From an uncultured delta proteobacterium (lineage in GTDB: Bacteria; Desulfobacterota; Binatia; UBA9968): a stretch of DNA of 64,000 nucleotides. This document shows, in pieces, positions 31,158-41,190 of this stretch (position 1 is the stretch's first letter; every line of letters starts with the position of its first letter). Both the position numbers and the translations under genes were made by a program. Under the pieces are notes generated by a model. It worked only from the letters and a program-made list of their open reading frames with translations. It made no database searches and was not told the origin of the DNA. The stretch spans positions 160,001-224,000 of the forward strand of contig CAWFJP010000003.1 of the NCBI GenBank assembly GCA_963816145.1, given 5' to 3'.

Positions 31158-31886
31158 TTGACTACTACTAAAATCCAAACCCGAAACAATATTGTGCGTC
31201 CTAACAAAGAACAACATCGTACCGAACGCATTGGTTGGCTTCGCGCCGCCGTGTTGGGTGCAAACGATGGCATCGTATCAACCGCGAGCTTAGTCGTTGG
31301 CGTCGCCGCCGCCGATGCCACCCACGCCAGTATCATGGTTGCCGGTGTCGCTGGATTGGTTGCAGGTGCAATGTCGATGGCGGCGGGCGAGTATGTCTCC
31401 GTTAGTTCTCAAGCTGACACTGAAAGCGCAGACCTCGGCCGCGAGCGCAAAGAACTTGCAACTGATGGCGAATCGGAGCTCGCAGAACTCACCGGCATTT
31501 ACATCGCCCGCGGGTTAGACAAATCGCTTGCACGGCAAGTTGCTATACAACTGACAAAACATGATGCCCTCGCCACACACGCCCGGGATGAACTGGGGAT
31601 CTCAGAAACCACGTCCGCGCGTCCGGTTCAGGCAGCGTTTGCGTCTGCCGGTACATTTTCGGTCGGCGCCGCTCTGCCCCTGTTGGCTGCGTTTCTCACG
31701 CCGGTCGGCATGATCGGATTGGTCGTTTCAATCTTGTCCCTTGCATTCTTGGCGCTGCTCGGCGGGATTTCCGCACATGTTGGCGGTGCTCCGGTCGCGA
31801 AGGCCGTAGCGCGCGTGACTTTCTGGGGCGCGCTTGCAATGGCGGCAACAGCCGGAATAGGTAAATTATTTGGCGTTGCTGTATGA
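31158..31886 (+). CDS. VIT1/CCC1 family iron/manganese transporter
   Basis: WLRAAVLGANDG, AGAMSMAAGEYVSVSSQ, HARDELG. Confidence 0.92.
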   Translation: MTTTKIQTRNNIVRPNKEQHRTERIGWLRAAVLGANDGIVSTASLVVGVAAADATHASIMVAGVAGLVAGAMSMAAGEYVSVSSQADTESADLGRERKELATDGESELAELTGIYIARGLDKSLARQVAIQLTKHDALATHARDELGISETTSARPVQAAFASAGTFSVGAALPLLAAFLTPVGMIGLVVSILSLAFLALLGGISAHVGGAPVAKAVARVTFWGALAMAATAGIGKLFGVAV

Positions 31887-31985
31887 CGCCCATTCCAACA
31901 AGCGACAGACCGTTGCACGCGGTGCCGCACGCCGCACGGATTGGTTAGATCCAAGCCGTCCGTCGCAGCACGATGACCGCTGACG

Positions 31986-32711
31986 TTAGCCGTGCGCCGG
32001 CCACTCGTCCAGCAATCTGCCGTAGCCTTTGACCGAATTTTTTCTGTCAAGCATCGATAGCACATTCCAAAACATCGCTGGGTTGCTGGCGATGACCGGC
32101 AGGTTCAATTCGTTTTCTAACCTCTGGATGATCGGCAGTGGATCCATGGTGGCGCCTTGGAAATAGATCGCGTTAGACTGAGGATAACTGCGATAGGTTT
32201 TCACCACGAGCTCGAACAGTTGGTCCGGCGTTAGATCGACGCCCGAACCCGCCTTGCGACCTTCGAAGGCGGGGCCGAGATGGACGGTGAAGCCGAGGCT
32301 GTTAAGATGCGCTTCGATCACGGCGTCCGACTTGGCGTCGAAGGGAGTCATCAGCAGCAGGGATTTGACATTGTAGACGCTCAAAGCCGCGACCGCCGAT
32401 GACACTGCCGTCGCCACGGGCAACTGGATCGCTTCGGCGACTTTGACATCGATGCCGGGATTGAACAGGCCGATGAAACCGCCGGTCAATACCAGGCCGT
32501 CGACTTTGTTGCGTGCGACGAAATCCTTGGACTTGGCAATCACCACATCGGACTTGCCCGCGAGATCCTGATACGCCTCGCCCAACAAGCCCAAGCCTTC
32601 ATGGATCAGCGATACTCCTGGTGGTAACAACGCATCGACATGTCTGAAGTGCGGCTTGTTCGGTGTCGCCGGGGAGAGGAGGCCGAGGGTGATCTTTCGA
32701 TATAATGCCAT
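31986..32711 (-). CDS. Maleate cis-trans isomerase / arylmalonate decarboxylase-like protein, cysteine-free
   Basis: LPVAT..SAVAAL, LMTPF, LENELNLPVIASN.A.FW, GYGRLL; contains no Cys. Confidence 0.8.
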   Translation of the reverse strand: MALYRKITLGLLSPATPNKPHFRHVDALLPPGVSLIHEGLGLLGEAYQDLAGKSDVVIAKSKDFVARNKVDGLVLTGGFIGLFNPGIDVKVAEAIQLPVATAVSSAVAALSVYNVKSLLLMTPFDAKSDAVIEAHLNSLGFTVHLGPAFEGRKAGSGVDLTPDQLFELVVKTYRSYPQSNAIYFQGATMDPLPIIQRLENELNLPVIASNPAMFWNVLSMLDRKNSVKGYGRLLDEWPAHG

Positions 32712-32748
32712 GATGTTCTCCTCTATGGAACGGCTATAGCATGAAAAA

Positions 32749-32822
32749 CCGTAAGGGGTGAAGGGTAAGGGGTAAGGCGTCCGATCCGAAACGCTTTACC
32801 CCTAACCCCTGACGCCTTACGG
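32749..32822. repeat. Family D 7-mer hairpin repeat
   Basis: GGGTAAG-like 7-mers x4, GATCCGAAAC centre, CTTACCC-like 7-mers x4. Confidence 0.8.
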
Positions 32823-32900
32823 GTTTGTCTTAGCAGTCGATTGATCCGCGGCAATCAATCTCGCATAGTCGAGTATAACAACCTGTGCCTGGAGGTTCCC

Positions 32901-33824
32901 GTGCAGTTTCGTATCGCAGCGGTGGATTTGGTCAGCAACACTTGTTTTCCCGCCTTAGCGGCGGATGAGTTGGGATTTTTTAAAGCCGAAGGGCTGGACG
33001 CGCGCATCGAGTTGGTCGCCATGTTGGGTGCGACCAAGGCACTGCGCCAAGGGAGCGCCGATGTTATGATCGCCGGGTCGGTCTTCGATCTTCTCACCGA
33101 GTTTCCCAATTGGAAAGGGGCGAAGATCGCGGTCGCGCTATCGCAGGGTACGCCGTGGCTGCTCGTAGTGCGTTCCGATCTCGCGGCCAAGCGCGGCGAC
33201 TTGCAGGCGCTCAGAGAATTGCGCATTACGGCTGCCGAAGGTCCCGATCTGGTACTGAAGCAATTGCTCAAGTGCGGCGGGCTCGAAGTCGGCCGCGACC
33301 TCGAGATTGTCGAATTACCGGGGGCAAAATCGAGGGACGTGTCCTTTGGTGTCTTTGCCGCGCGGGCACTGCAGGCGCGTCAGATCGACGGCTTTTGGGC
33401 CAACGCCATGGGCGGTGAAACCGCCACCAGCAGCGGTGCGGGCAAGATTCTCGTCGACGTGCGCCGGGGCGACGATCCGGCGGAGGTGCGCTTCTGCACT
33501 TTTGCCGGGATGGCGACCACCGACGATTTCATCGCCCGCGAACCCGAAGCCATGGCCGCTGCAGTGCGCGCCATCGTCAAGGCACAAAAAGCATTAGGCG
33601 CGAATCCCGCGCTGGCTCGCGAAGTCGGCCGGCGTAAATTCCCCAACGACGCCGCCGAACTGATCGCCAACGTGGTCGCCCGAGATGTCGAGTTTTACCA
33701 ACCTGCAATCAGCGAAGAACGCATCACCAAGATGAACCGCTTCGCCGCATCCGTCGGCCAACTGACAGCGGCGGTACAGTATGAGGACGTGGTGGCGGTA
33801 AGGTATCGGGAGTTGTGGAATTGA
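32901..33824 (+). CDS. SsuA/NMT1/THI5-fold protein lacking a signal peptide
   Basis: GGAGG + GTG at 32901; AADELGFFKAEGLD starts at about residue 20; no hydrophobic leader. Confidence 0.8.
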   Translation: MQFRIAAVDLVSNTCFPALAADELGFFKAEGLDARIELVAMLGATKALRQGSADVMIAGSVFDLLTEFPNWKGAKIAVALSQGTPWLLVVRSDLAAKRGDLQALRELRITAAEGPDLVLKQLLKCGGLEVGRDLEIVELPGAKSRDVSFGVFAARALQARQIDGFWANAMGGETATSSGAGKILVDVRRGDDPAEVRFCTFAGMATTDDFIAREPEAMAAAVRAIVKAQKALGANPALAREVGRRKFPNDAAELIANVVARDVEFYQPAISEERITKMNRFAASVGQLTAAVQYEDVVAVRYRELWN

Positions 33825-33828
33825 TCCT

Positions 33829-33900
33829 CGTAAGGAGTAAAGGGTGAGGGGTAAAGCGTTCGATCCGAAACCCCTTACGCCTCGCCCCTCACGCCTGACG
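33829..33900. repeat. Family D 7-mer hairpin repeat overlapping the MFS 3' end
   Basis: CGTAAGGAGTAAAGGGTGAGGGGTAAAGCG-TTCGATCCGAAAC-CCCTTACGCCTCGCCCCTCACGCCTGACG. Confidence 0.8.
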
Positions 33901-35146
33901 GTTTTCTCACCATCGCATACAACAGGCTGGCAACCAGCAGCAGCGCCGCAGATGCCCAGATCAAGATCTCGTAGCTCTTAGTTTGATCGTAAACGAAGCC
34001 GGCCAAGACCGGACCGATGACACTGCCCCAGGAGGACACGAAGCCCATGGAGCCGCGAATCTTGGCGAAGTTTTTCCGGCCGAAATATTCGCCCACCGTC
34101 GACCAGTTCACCGGAAAGGTTGACTCCACCGTGCTGAACAGGGCGGTGAAAAGTAAGATAGCCCATTCGGATCTGACCACTCCCAATAGAATCAACGCCG
34201 CCAGCGCCGACAACATGCAGGCGGCCATCAGTTTAGGCTTATTCACTTTGTCGCCTAACCAGCCGAACAGAATATGCGACGGCAGCGCCATGAACGCTTG
34301 GATCGCGAGAAAAACCGCGGCGCGCTGCTGGCTCATGCCGGTCCAGACCATCAGCGCAACGTAGTGCACGTTGACGGCGCTCAAGACAATCACGCGTATC
34401 GCCGTCGCTGCCGTGATAAACCAGAAGGCCGAGGTGTGCAGCGCTTGGCGCAGGGTAAAGTCGGCTGCATCGGTGCTGGCAGAGTGCGTGCCATTTGCGC
34501 TTTTCACTACCGGCGGTACTGGATCACCGTCAGGCTGCAGCCCCATGCTCTCCGGCGAGCGGCGAACCATCAAGGCCAAAGGCAGGCCGATGACGATAAA
34601 CACGATGCCGCAGGCGAAGGCAGTCGGGCGCCAGCCGAAGTCATGCACAGCCATGGACAAGAATGGCGTGAAGATAAAACCGCCGATGCCGATGGAGCCG
34701 CTGATCATGGCCATCGCCATGGTGCGCTGGCGGATGAACCAGGTGTTGGCGATCACCATCGGCGCGTCCATGAAGCCGGCGTGAAATGCCAGGGAAACCA
34801 CGCCCATGTAGACCAAGAGCAGCATGACGTAACTGTTTACACCGGCGAGCAGCATATGGCCGATGCCGGCGGTCATGATCGCCAGGATCATCAAGGGCCG
34901 CGGACCATGCCGGTCCATGAAATAGCCCGCCAAGGGGCCCTCGAACGCCCCCTGCGCGCGGGCGAGGGAAAATACCAACGAAGTCGACGCGCGGCTGAGG
35001 CCCAGGTCCTGGCTCAGCGGCAAGAAGAAAACCGAGAAGCCGTAAAAATAAAGCCCGCCGCCCAATATACGCAGGACCGAGCCGACGGCGACCATGCGCC
35101 AGCCAAAATAAACATCGGACAACCGTCCGCCGATTCGTGTAAACAA
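33875..35146 (-). CDS. MFS transporter (monocarboxylate/OFA-like)
   Basis: YFGWRMV, FSVFFLPL, GYFMDRHGPR, NTWF, YFGRKNF; AGGA + TTG start at 35146. Confidence 0.9.
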   Translation of the reverse strand: MFTRIGGRLSDVYFGWRMVAVGSVLRILGGGLYFYGFSVFFLPLSQDLGLSRASTSLVFSLARAQGAFEGPLAGYFMDRHGPRPLMILAIMTAGIGHMLLAGVNSYVMLLLVYMGVVSLAFHAGFMDAPMVIANTWFIRQRTMAMAMISGSIGIGGFIFTPFLSMAVHDFGWRPTAFACGIVFIVIGLPLALMVRRSPESMGLQPDGDPVPPVVKSANGTHSASTDAADFTLRQALHTSAFWFITAATAIRVIVLSAVNVHYVALMVWTGMSQQRAAVFLAIQAFMALPSHILFGWLGDKVNKPKLMAACMLSALAALILLGVVRSEWAILLFTALFSTVESTFPVNWSTVGEYFGRKNFAKIRGSMGFVSSWGSVIGPVLAGFVYDQTKSYEILIWASAALLLVASLLYAMVRKPSGVRGEA

Positions 35147-35273
35147 TATTTTTCCTATTGAGAAATTCCGAAGTGCCGGCAAATCCCTGGGCGGGACAAC
35201 AGGCGAGAATTGCAAAAGTAACTGAGGCGGCGCGGGAATTCAATGAAGTGAGCCGAGGAGATTATCACCGCAG

Positions 35274-35471
35274 AGTGTTCATGAGCTTACGCTCATCTAC
35301 AGATTATGAAATTGCCCGGCATCCCTCCACAGGTACTTTCATTGATCCGTCATGCCGGCGGAGGCCGGCATCCATGGAAGGGAGGGGGATGGATACCGGC
35401 TTTCGCCGGTATGACGAAACCTCCGCGCTGTCGTCTCCCGGTTCATGCCTGCACATGTATTTTCGAAGGAG
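35274..35471 (+). mobile_element. ~195-bp non-autonomous element, copy 1, inserted in family C repeat 35265-35536
   Basis: AG|TGTTCATGAGCTTACGCTCATCTACAGATTATGAAATTGC...family B doublet...TGCACATGTATTTTCGAAGG|AG. Confidence 0.78.
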
Positions 35472-35549
35472 CACGCAGAGATCACAGAGGGTTAGAAAAT
35501 TATTATCTCTGTCTCCTCTGTGCCCTCAGTGGTGAATTTTCCTGTCCGG

Positions 35550-36269
35550 CTATGTTTCTAAGCCGTACTCACGGAGGACGCTTTCTAACGTATCGAAGTC
35601 GGCGAGCGTGCGCAGCGTGGCGAAGGTCGGGAAGATCATCGGCAATTCGTTGCGGTTGCAGAGTTGCATGGCGTGGTCGGGGGTGAGCCAGACGCTGTGG
35701 GCGACTTCATAGGAGGTTGGCAGCGGAATCTGGCCTTGTGGCAGCGCTGCGAGGAAAAAGCGCGTATCGAAGCGCATGGTAAACTGTGCCGGGGTCTGCC
35801 AAGACGAGAAGTGGCTCAAGCTGGCAAGATCGCAATAGAGCTGTTCGCGTTCCAAGAGCCCGGCGAAGCTGAGAGTTTTTTCTGACAGCTCGCCGTGGCA
35901 ATGGGCCAAGTGTGCAGCGCGCTCCGGGGTCATCGACATTTTCGCGCCGTTTGCATCGGCTGCCAACAGCACGCCGACCTCCTCGAAGACTTCGCGCACC
36001 GCGGCGATCCACAGACCGATGGCTTCATCCGGCGTGAAAGCGGCGCCGATAATCTGGCGTGCTTGCTTTGGCGTGCGGCCGACGGTGCGGGCGATCATCG
36101 CGGCGCGGTAATCTTCCTTGCTCACCGTGCCGCCGGGGTAGCAATACATGCCGCCCAAAAACGGCATAGCGTCGGGCCGGCGGGTGAGAAAGACTTCGAA
36201 ACCTCGATGTCCCGCCGGACGCAGCAGGATAACCGTGGCCGCCTGTTTGGGCTTGCGCGGTTCGCTCAT
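35550..36269 (-). CDS. NUDIX hydrolase (NUDT19/acyl-CoA diphosphatase-like)
   Basis: AATVILLR, YPGG, AAVREVFEEVG, WQTP....RFDTRFF, FPT. Confidence 0.88.
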   Translation of the reverse strand: MSEPRKPKQAATVILLRPAGHRGFEVFLTRRPDAMPFLGGMYCYPGGTVSKEDYRAAMIARTVGRTPKQARQIIGAAFTPDEAIGLWIAAVREVFEEVGVLLAADANGAKMSMTPERAAHLAHCHGELSEKTLSFAGLLEREQLYCDLASLSHFSSWQTPAQFTMRFDTRFFLAALPQGQIPLPTSYEVAHSVWLTPDHAMQLCNRNELPMIFPTFATLRTLADFDTLESVLREYGLET

Positions 36270-37042
36270 CGAATTGCCAAACTCACCGGGCCGGAGAAGT
36301 CATTTTGGCAAGGCGGGCCGGGGCAGAAATATGTATCGAAGCGCGCGCGCGCCGCCACCAGAGCGACGATACTCGACGACACCGTGCCGGTCATCTCGCG
36401 GTGCACACAGATGGCGTCGCCGGGATCGTCGGAGCCATCGTGCAGCGTATGGTCGGCCAGCACCGCGCGTAATTCTGCGAGCCAGTCTCGCGGATCAGCC
36501 GCATTAACCGGTATGCGGTCTTTCAAGCGAGCGAATCGCGGATGGGCACGGTCTGCCTTAGCGGAATTCAAGTCCAGCTCCGCGGCGCTGCTGAACACAT
36601 GGAGGCCGGGGTCGAGCTGCTTGGCGACGATCCTGGGCTCGTGGTTGTTGTAGGCGACTCCGGCCGATTTTTGGTCGGCAAATATCAGGGTGAAGGGGTT
36701 ATAGATCGCCTCGTGCGCGGCGATGAAATCGAACCCCTCGGCGAGGTTGCGGAGCCGCAACATATCCATGCACAAGAGGCCGCGCGATCGTGGCGTTGGC
36801 GTCAGTGAAACGTTGTCGCCGCTTTCATTTTGGCGCCGATTCAAGATACCGACGAGCAGGCCATGCTCGTTGACGCCCAGCCAGGTGCCGCCGACCCGCA
36901 GGTCTCGCCCGGCAACGATAAGCGGCACGCCTTCGATCTGGGCTGGCGGCGCCGACGGCCGGTCGAAATGCTCGTCGCGATTGGCCGCCACCAGCAAGGG
37001 CATATCGTCAAAAACATTAAAATAAAGCGCCAAGGTGCACAC
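36266..37042 (-). CDS. NRDE / TANGO2 family protein
   Basis: MC start, AANRDE, GRDL..GGTWLG. Confidence 0.9.
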   Translation of the reverse strand: MCTLALYFNVFDDMPLLVAANRDEHFDRPSAPPAQIEGVPLIVAGRDLRVGGTWLGVNEHGLLVGILNRRQNESGDNVSLTPTPRSRGLLCMDMLRLRNLAEGFDFIAAHEAIYNPFTLIFADQKSAGVAYNNHEPRIVAKQLDPGLHVFSSAAELDLNSAKADRAHPRFARLKDRIPVNAADPRDWLAELRAVLADHTLHDGSDDPGDAICVHREMTGTVSSSIVALVAARARFDTYFCPGPPCQNDFSGPVSLAIR

Positions 37043-37149
37043 GCTTAAATGATTTATCGAATGGTCCGCGCTTGTGCAAACTTCGGGTCGTTCCTCTCGC
37101 CAGGAACAGCGCGAAGGGTTTCGACAATTTCAACTCCGAACTTCTTGAT

Positions 37150-37343
37150 CTCCTTAGAAAATACATGCGCAAGCACGATCTGGGCGACGAGTTGCCATAA
37201 GGCTTCCGTCATACCGGCGAAAGCCGGTATCCATCTCCTCCCTCCCCTGGATGCCGGCCTTCGCCGGCATGACGAATCGGGGGGAGGCGTGCAGGGGGGC
37301 TGCAATTTCATACTCTGTGGACGAGCGTAAGCTCATGGACACT
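37150..37343 (-). mobile_element. ~195-bp non-autonomous element, copy 2
   Basis: CT|CCTTAGAAAATACATGCGCA...GCAATTTCATACTCTGTGGACGAGCGTAAGCTCATGGACA|CT; flanks TCCGAACTTCTTGAT / TCGTGGTG. Confidence 0.78.
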
Positions 37344-37438
37344 TCGTGGTGCACACCGTTCTCGCAATTTCCACGCTAAACCTTGATTGTTGTTGAATAA
37401 TGTTTGTGTTAGCTTCGATAAATTCGGAAAGGGCAACC

Positions 37439-38395
37439 ATGTTTCAATCTGTTGACGAAGTCATCGCCGGCCTGGGCACGCAGAAATATCTGTGCAACAA
37501 GAATGTCGCCACCGTGGTCTACCTGGGCACGTCGCTGCAAAAACCGCTGCTGGTCGAGGGACCAGCGGGAGTAGGGAAGACCGAACTCGGCAAAGTGCTG
37601 GCCGACTCCCTGGGCATGGAGCTGATCCGGCTCCAATGCTACGAAGGGCTCGACGAAGCCAAAGCTCTGTACGAGTGGGAGTACGCAAAACAGCTGCTCT
37701 ATACCCAAATCCTCAAAGACAAGATCGGCGAGATCCTGGAGGGCGCCAAGACCCTGCAAGACGCCGTCGATCATGTCGCCAAACAGGACGGGGTGTTTTT
37801 TTCCGATAAATTTCTCCTGCCGCGGCCGCTGCTGCGCGCGCTATTATCGGACAAACCGGTGGTGCTGTTGATCGACGAGATCGACAAATCGGACGCCGAA
37901 TTCGAGGCGTTTTTGCTTGAAGTTTTGAGCGATTTTCAGATCACCGTGCCGGAAATCGGCACGCTCAAGGCGAAGCATATCCCTCTGGTGGTGCTGACCA
38001 GCAATAACAGCCGGGAGGTTTCCGATGCTCTCAAGCGCCGCTGCCTGCATCTGTTCCTCGACTTTCCGGATCCCGAGCGCGAAAAAGAAATCATCAAGCT
38101 CAAAGTGCCGAATGTCGGCGACAAGCTCGCTGACGAAGTGGTGCGCTTGCTGCACCGGCTGCGTAAGCTCGATTTGAAAAAGACCCCGAGCATCAGCGAA
38201 AGCCTCGACTGGGTGCGCGCCCTGACCCTGCTCAATATCAAGGATCTCGACAACGAGTTGGTCGAGCAGACCATGTCGGCGTTGATGAAGTACGAAGCGG
38301 ACATTCGCAAGGCGCACCAGGAACTGAAAAGCTACCTGGCCGAAAAGCAAGCCCGGCGTCAGGACGCCGGCGACGAGAAAGATCATTTGCATTAG
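37439..38395 (+). CDS. MoxR family AAA+ ATPase (CoxD-like)
   Basis: EGPAGVGKT, RLQCYEGLD, LLIDEIDK, DALKRRC. Confidence 0.92.
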   Translation: MFQSVDEVIAGLGTQKYLCNKNVATVVYLGTSLQKPLLVEGPAGVGKTELGKVLADSLGMELIRLQCYEGLDEAKALYEWEYAKQLLYTQILKDKIGEILEGAKTLQDAVDHVAKQDGVFFSDKFLLPRPLLRALLSDKPVVLLIDEIDKSDAEFEAFLLEVLSDFQITVPEIGTLKAKHIPLVVLTSNNSREVSDALKRRCLHLFLDFPDPEREKEIIKLKVPNVGDKLADEVVRLLHRLRKLDLKKTPSISESLDWVRALTLLNIKDLDNELVEQTMSALMKYEADIRKAHQELKSYLAEKQARRQDAGDEKDHLH

Positions 38396-38422
38396 CCGCT
38401 TGCGTGCGGCATCCCCAAGATC

Positions 38423-39829
38423 ATGCAAGCCCGGGTTATCGAGTTCGCCAATATTTTGCGCCGCAACGGCATCCGCGTGTCGTTGGCGGAAAACATGGAC
38501 GCGTTTCGCGCCCTGGAATTGATCGGCATCGCCGATCCACAGATGTTCCGCAACGCCCTACGGACCACGCTGATCAAGCGCAGCGGCGACCAGAAGCCCT
38601 TCGACGAATTGTTCGATTATTTCTTCCTTGGCATCGGCCAGGCCCTCGACGCCATCGACCGTAAGATCATGGAAGAGCTCGGGCTGTCACCGGAAAAGTT
38701 TCAGGAGATGTTGGAACAGATCCAGAAACTCTTAAAAGAAATGGAAGGGGACTTATCAGATCTCACCAAGGCGCTGCTCAATAACAATCGCGCCGAGCTG
38801 GAACGCCAGCTGCGCGAAGCGATGCAGCAGGAAATGCAAAACGGCAACCCCGAGACCATGCGCCACACGCCCTACACGCGCATGATGATGCGTTTGGGGC
38901 TCGACCGGGTGCAGAGCGAGATCGAGCGCTTCCGCGGCATGCTGCAAATGCTCGGCGAGAACGGCGAGGATCTGCAAAACGTCATGCGCTACCTGGACGA
39001 GCGCATGCGCGACTTGAATCGTTTGTTGCGCGAGATCATCCAGCAGGAGCAGCGCAAGCAGGGCGCCGAACCGCGCGACTACTCGCAGCGCAGCGCTCTG
39101 GCCGACAAGAGTTTTTCATTCTACACCGAAGACGATATCCGGCGCATGAACGACGCCGTGGCGCGCTTGGCCCAGCGCTTGAAAAACCGCCTATCGGTGC
39201 GGCGTAAGAAGGCCGCCCGCGGCCGCTTCGACATCAAGGCGACCCTGCGTAAGAATATGCAATACGGCGGCGTGCCGTTTGACATTCAGCTCGACCGACG
39301 CAAAAAAACCAAGCCGCAGGTGATGGTGCTGTGCGATATTTCCGACTCGGTGTTGAACGCGTCACGCTTCATGCTGCAGTTCGTCTATTCGATCCAGGAT
39401 CTTTACGCCAAGGTGCGCAGCTTCGTGTTCGTCGCCGAGATCGGTGAGGTGACCAAGCTCTTCGAGGAACACGACATCCAGACCGCGGTCGAGACCGCTT
39501 TGAAAGGCGACGTCATCGACGTTTTTTCCCATTCCAATTTCGGCCGCGCTTTCGAACAGTTCCACCGAAACTTTTTCGCTTCGATCACCAGCAAGACCAC
39601 GGTCTTGATCATCGGCGACGGGCGCAATAATTATAACCGGCCCAACGATTGGGTGCTGCGCGAGGTCAAACAAAAGGCCAAGCAGTTGATCTGGCTCAAC
39701 CCTGAAAGCCGCATGACCTGGGGCATCGGCGACAGCGAGATGCCGCGCTACGCGCCGCATTGCCATGTCGCCGAAGAGTGCCGCAGCATCAATCAACTTT
39801 ACAAAATTGTCGATTTGATCGCGCCATGA
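38423..39829 (+). CDS. VWA domain protein (CoxE-like)
   Basis: FANILRRNGI, CDISDSV MIDAS-like motif, IGDGRNN, WLNPE, DSEM. Confidence 0.9.
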   Translation: MQARVIEFANILRRNGIRVSLAENMDAFRALELIGIADPQMFRNALRTTLIKRSGDQKPFDELFDYFFLGIGQALDAIDRKIMEELGLSPEKFQEMLEQIQKLLKEMEGDLSDLTKALLNNNRAELERQLREAMQQEMQNGNPETMRHTPYTRMMMRLGLDRVQSEIERFRGMLQMLGENGEDLQNVMRYLDERMRDLNRLLREIIQQEQRKQGAEPRDYSQRSALADKSFSFYTEDDIRRMNDAVARLAQRLKNRLSVRRKKAARGRFDIKATLRKNMQYGGVPFDIQLDRRKKTKPQVMVLCDISDSVLNASRFMLQFVYSIQDLYAKVRSFVFVAEIGEVTKLFEEHDIQTAVETALKGDVIDVFSHSNFGRAFEQFHRNFFASITSKTTVLIIGDGRNNYNRPNDWVLREVKQKAKQLIWLNPESRMTWGIGDSEMPRYAPHCHVAEECRSINQLYKIVDLIAP

Positions 39830-41190
39830 AGAAGCTTTACATCCAGACCTACGGCTGCCAGATGAACCAGTACGATTCGGAAAAAATCGCCCAGGTGCTG
39901 GCGCGCAAAGATTATGTCCAAACCGATCGCATCGATAGCGCCGACGTAATCCTGCTCAACACGTGCAGCGTGCGCGACAAGGCCGAGCAAAAGGTCTACA
40001 GCGCGCTCGGCAGTTGGAAGCAATTCAAAGACTACCGCGACGGCGTCATCATCGGCGTCGGCGGCTGCGTCGCCCAGCAGGAAGGCGAAAATCTTTTAAA
40101 GCGCGTTCCCCATCTGGATTTGGTTTTCGGCACGCACAACATTCACAAGCTGCCGGAGATGATCGAGCAGGTGGAACGTAGCCGGGCCCGGCCGGTGGAG
40201 ACCGCTTTTTACCGCGATCCGGCGTACATGGACGACGGCGAACTGCGCACCCAAGTCGACGGCGTCAAGGCCTTCGTGACGATCATGCAAGGCTGCAACA
40301 AGGTCTGCAGCTTCTGCATCGTGCCCCATGTGCGCGGCCGCGAAGTGAGCCGGCCCAGCGATAAGATTCTCGCCGAAATCGAATCGCTGGCGCGCCATGG
40401 CGTTAAAGAAGTGATGCTGCTCGGCCAGAACGTTAATTCCTACGGCAAGCTCACTCCCGGCGAGCTGAGTTTTGCCGAGCTGCTCAACCGGGTCGATAAA
40501 ATTGATGGTTTACGCCGCATCCGTTTCACCACCTCGCATCCGCAGGATTTGTCGCCGGAGCTGATTGAGGACTTCGCCACGTTGAGAAACCTCTGCGAAC
40601 ATCTCCATTTGCCCGTGCAGTCCGGTTCGGATTCTGTTTTAACGCGTATGCGCCGCGGTTACACCATGACGGAGTATTTGGACCGGCTCCATCGTCTCCG
40701 GGCGCGTTGTCCTAAAGTAGCGCTGAGCACCGACATCATCGTCGGCTTTCCCGGTGAAACTGACACTGAATTCGAGCAGACGCTAGAATTGCTGCGAGAG
40801 GTGGAGTACGATGACATTTACTCGTTCAACTATTCACCGCGGCCGCAGACCGTCTCAGCGAAAATTTATCCCGACGATGTTCCCAACGACGTGAAGAAGG
40901 ACCGTCTGAAGAAAGTGCAAACCTTGCAGCGTGAAATCTCGCTGGCGAAAAACCGCCAGCGCATCGGCGACCGCGAGGAAGTCCTGGTCGACGGGCCGTC
41001 CAAACTGAAGGCCGAGCAGGTCATGGGCCGCACCCGCGCCAACCGCATCGTCAACCTCACCGGTTCGACTCGATTGATCGGTGAGTTCGTTCAGGTACAT
41101 ATAACCGGCGCCACCGCCAACTCGTTGCTCGGCGAGTCGATGTGCGCTAATGCTGCGGTAGCATCCCAGCAAGAAGGGGATAGGCAATGA
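39826..41190 (+). CDS. miaB: tRNA-2-methylthio-N6-dimethylallyladenosine synthase
   Basis: TYGCQMN, NTCSVR, GGCVAQ, GCNKVCSFC, TDIIVGFPGE, TRAM domain; ATGA overlap with VWA gene. Confidence 0.96.
   Translation: MKKLYIQTYGCQMNQYDSEKIAQVLARKDYVQTDRIDSADVILLNTCSVRDKAEQKVYSALGSWKQFKDYRDGVIIGVGGCVAQQEGENLLKRVPHLDLVFGTHNIHKLPEMIEQVERSRARPVETAFYRDPAYMDDGELRTQVDGVKAFVTIMQGCNKVCSFCIVPHVRGREVSRPSDKILAEIESLARHGVKEVMLLGQNVNSYGKLTPGELSFAELLNRVDKIDGLRRIRFTTSHPQDLSPELIEDFATLRNLCEHLHLPVQSGSDSVLTRMRRGYTMTEYLDRLHRLRARCPKVALSTDIIVGFPGETDTEFEQTLELLREVEYDDIYSFNYSPRPQTVSAKIYPDDVPNDVKKDRLKKVQTLQREISLAKNRQRIGDREEVLVDGPSKLKAEQVMGRTRANRIVNLTGSTRLIGEFVQVHITGATANSLLGESMCANAAVASQQEGDRQ

Noticed and set aside
37150-37343. 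IS110-style promoter formed at the circle junction of the 195-bp element
   Set aside because: Joining the ends gives a -10-like hexamer (TAAAAT in copy 3) but no -35 at 16-18 bp spacing, so this IS110 hallmark is not supported.
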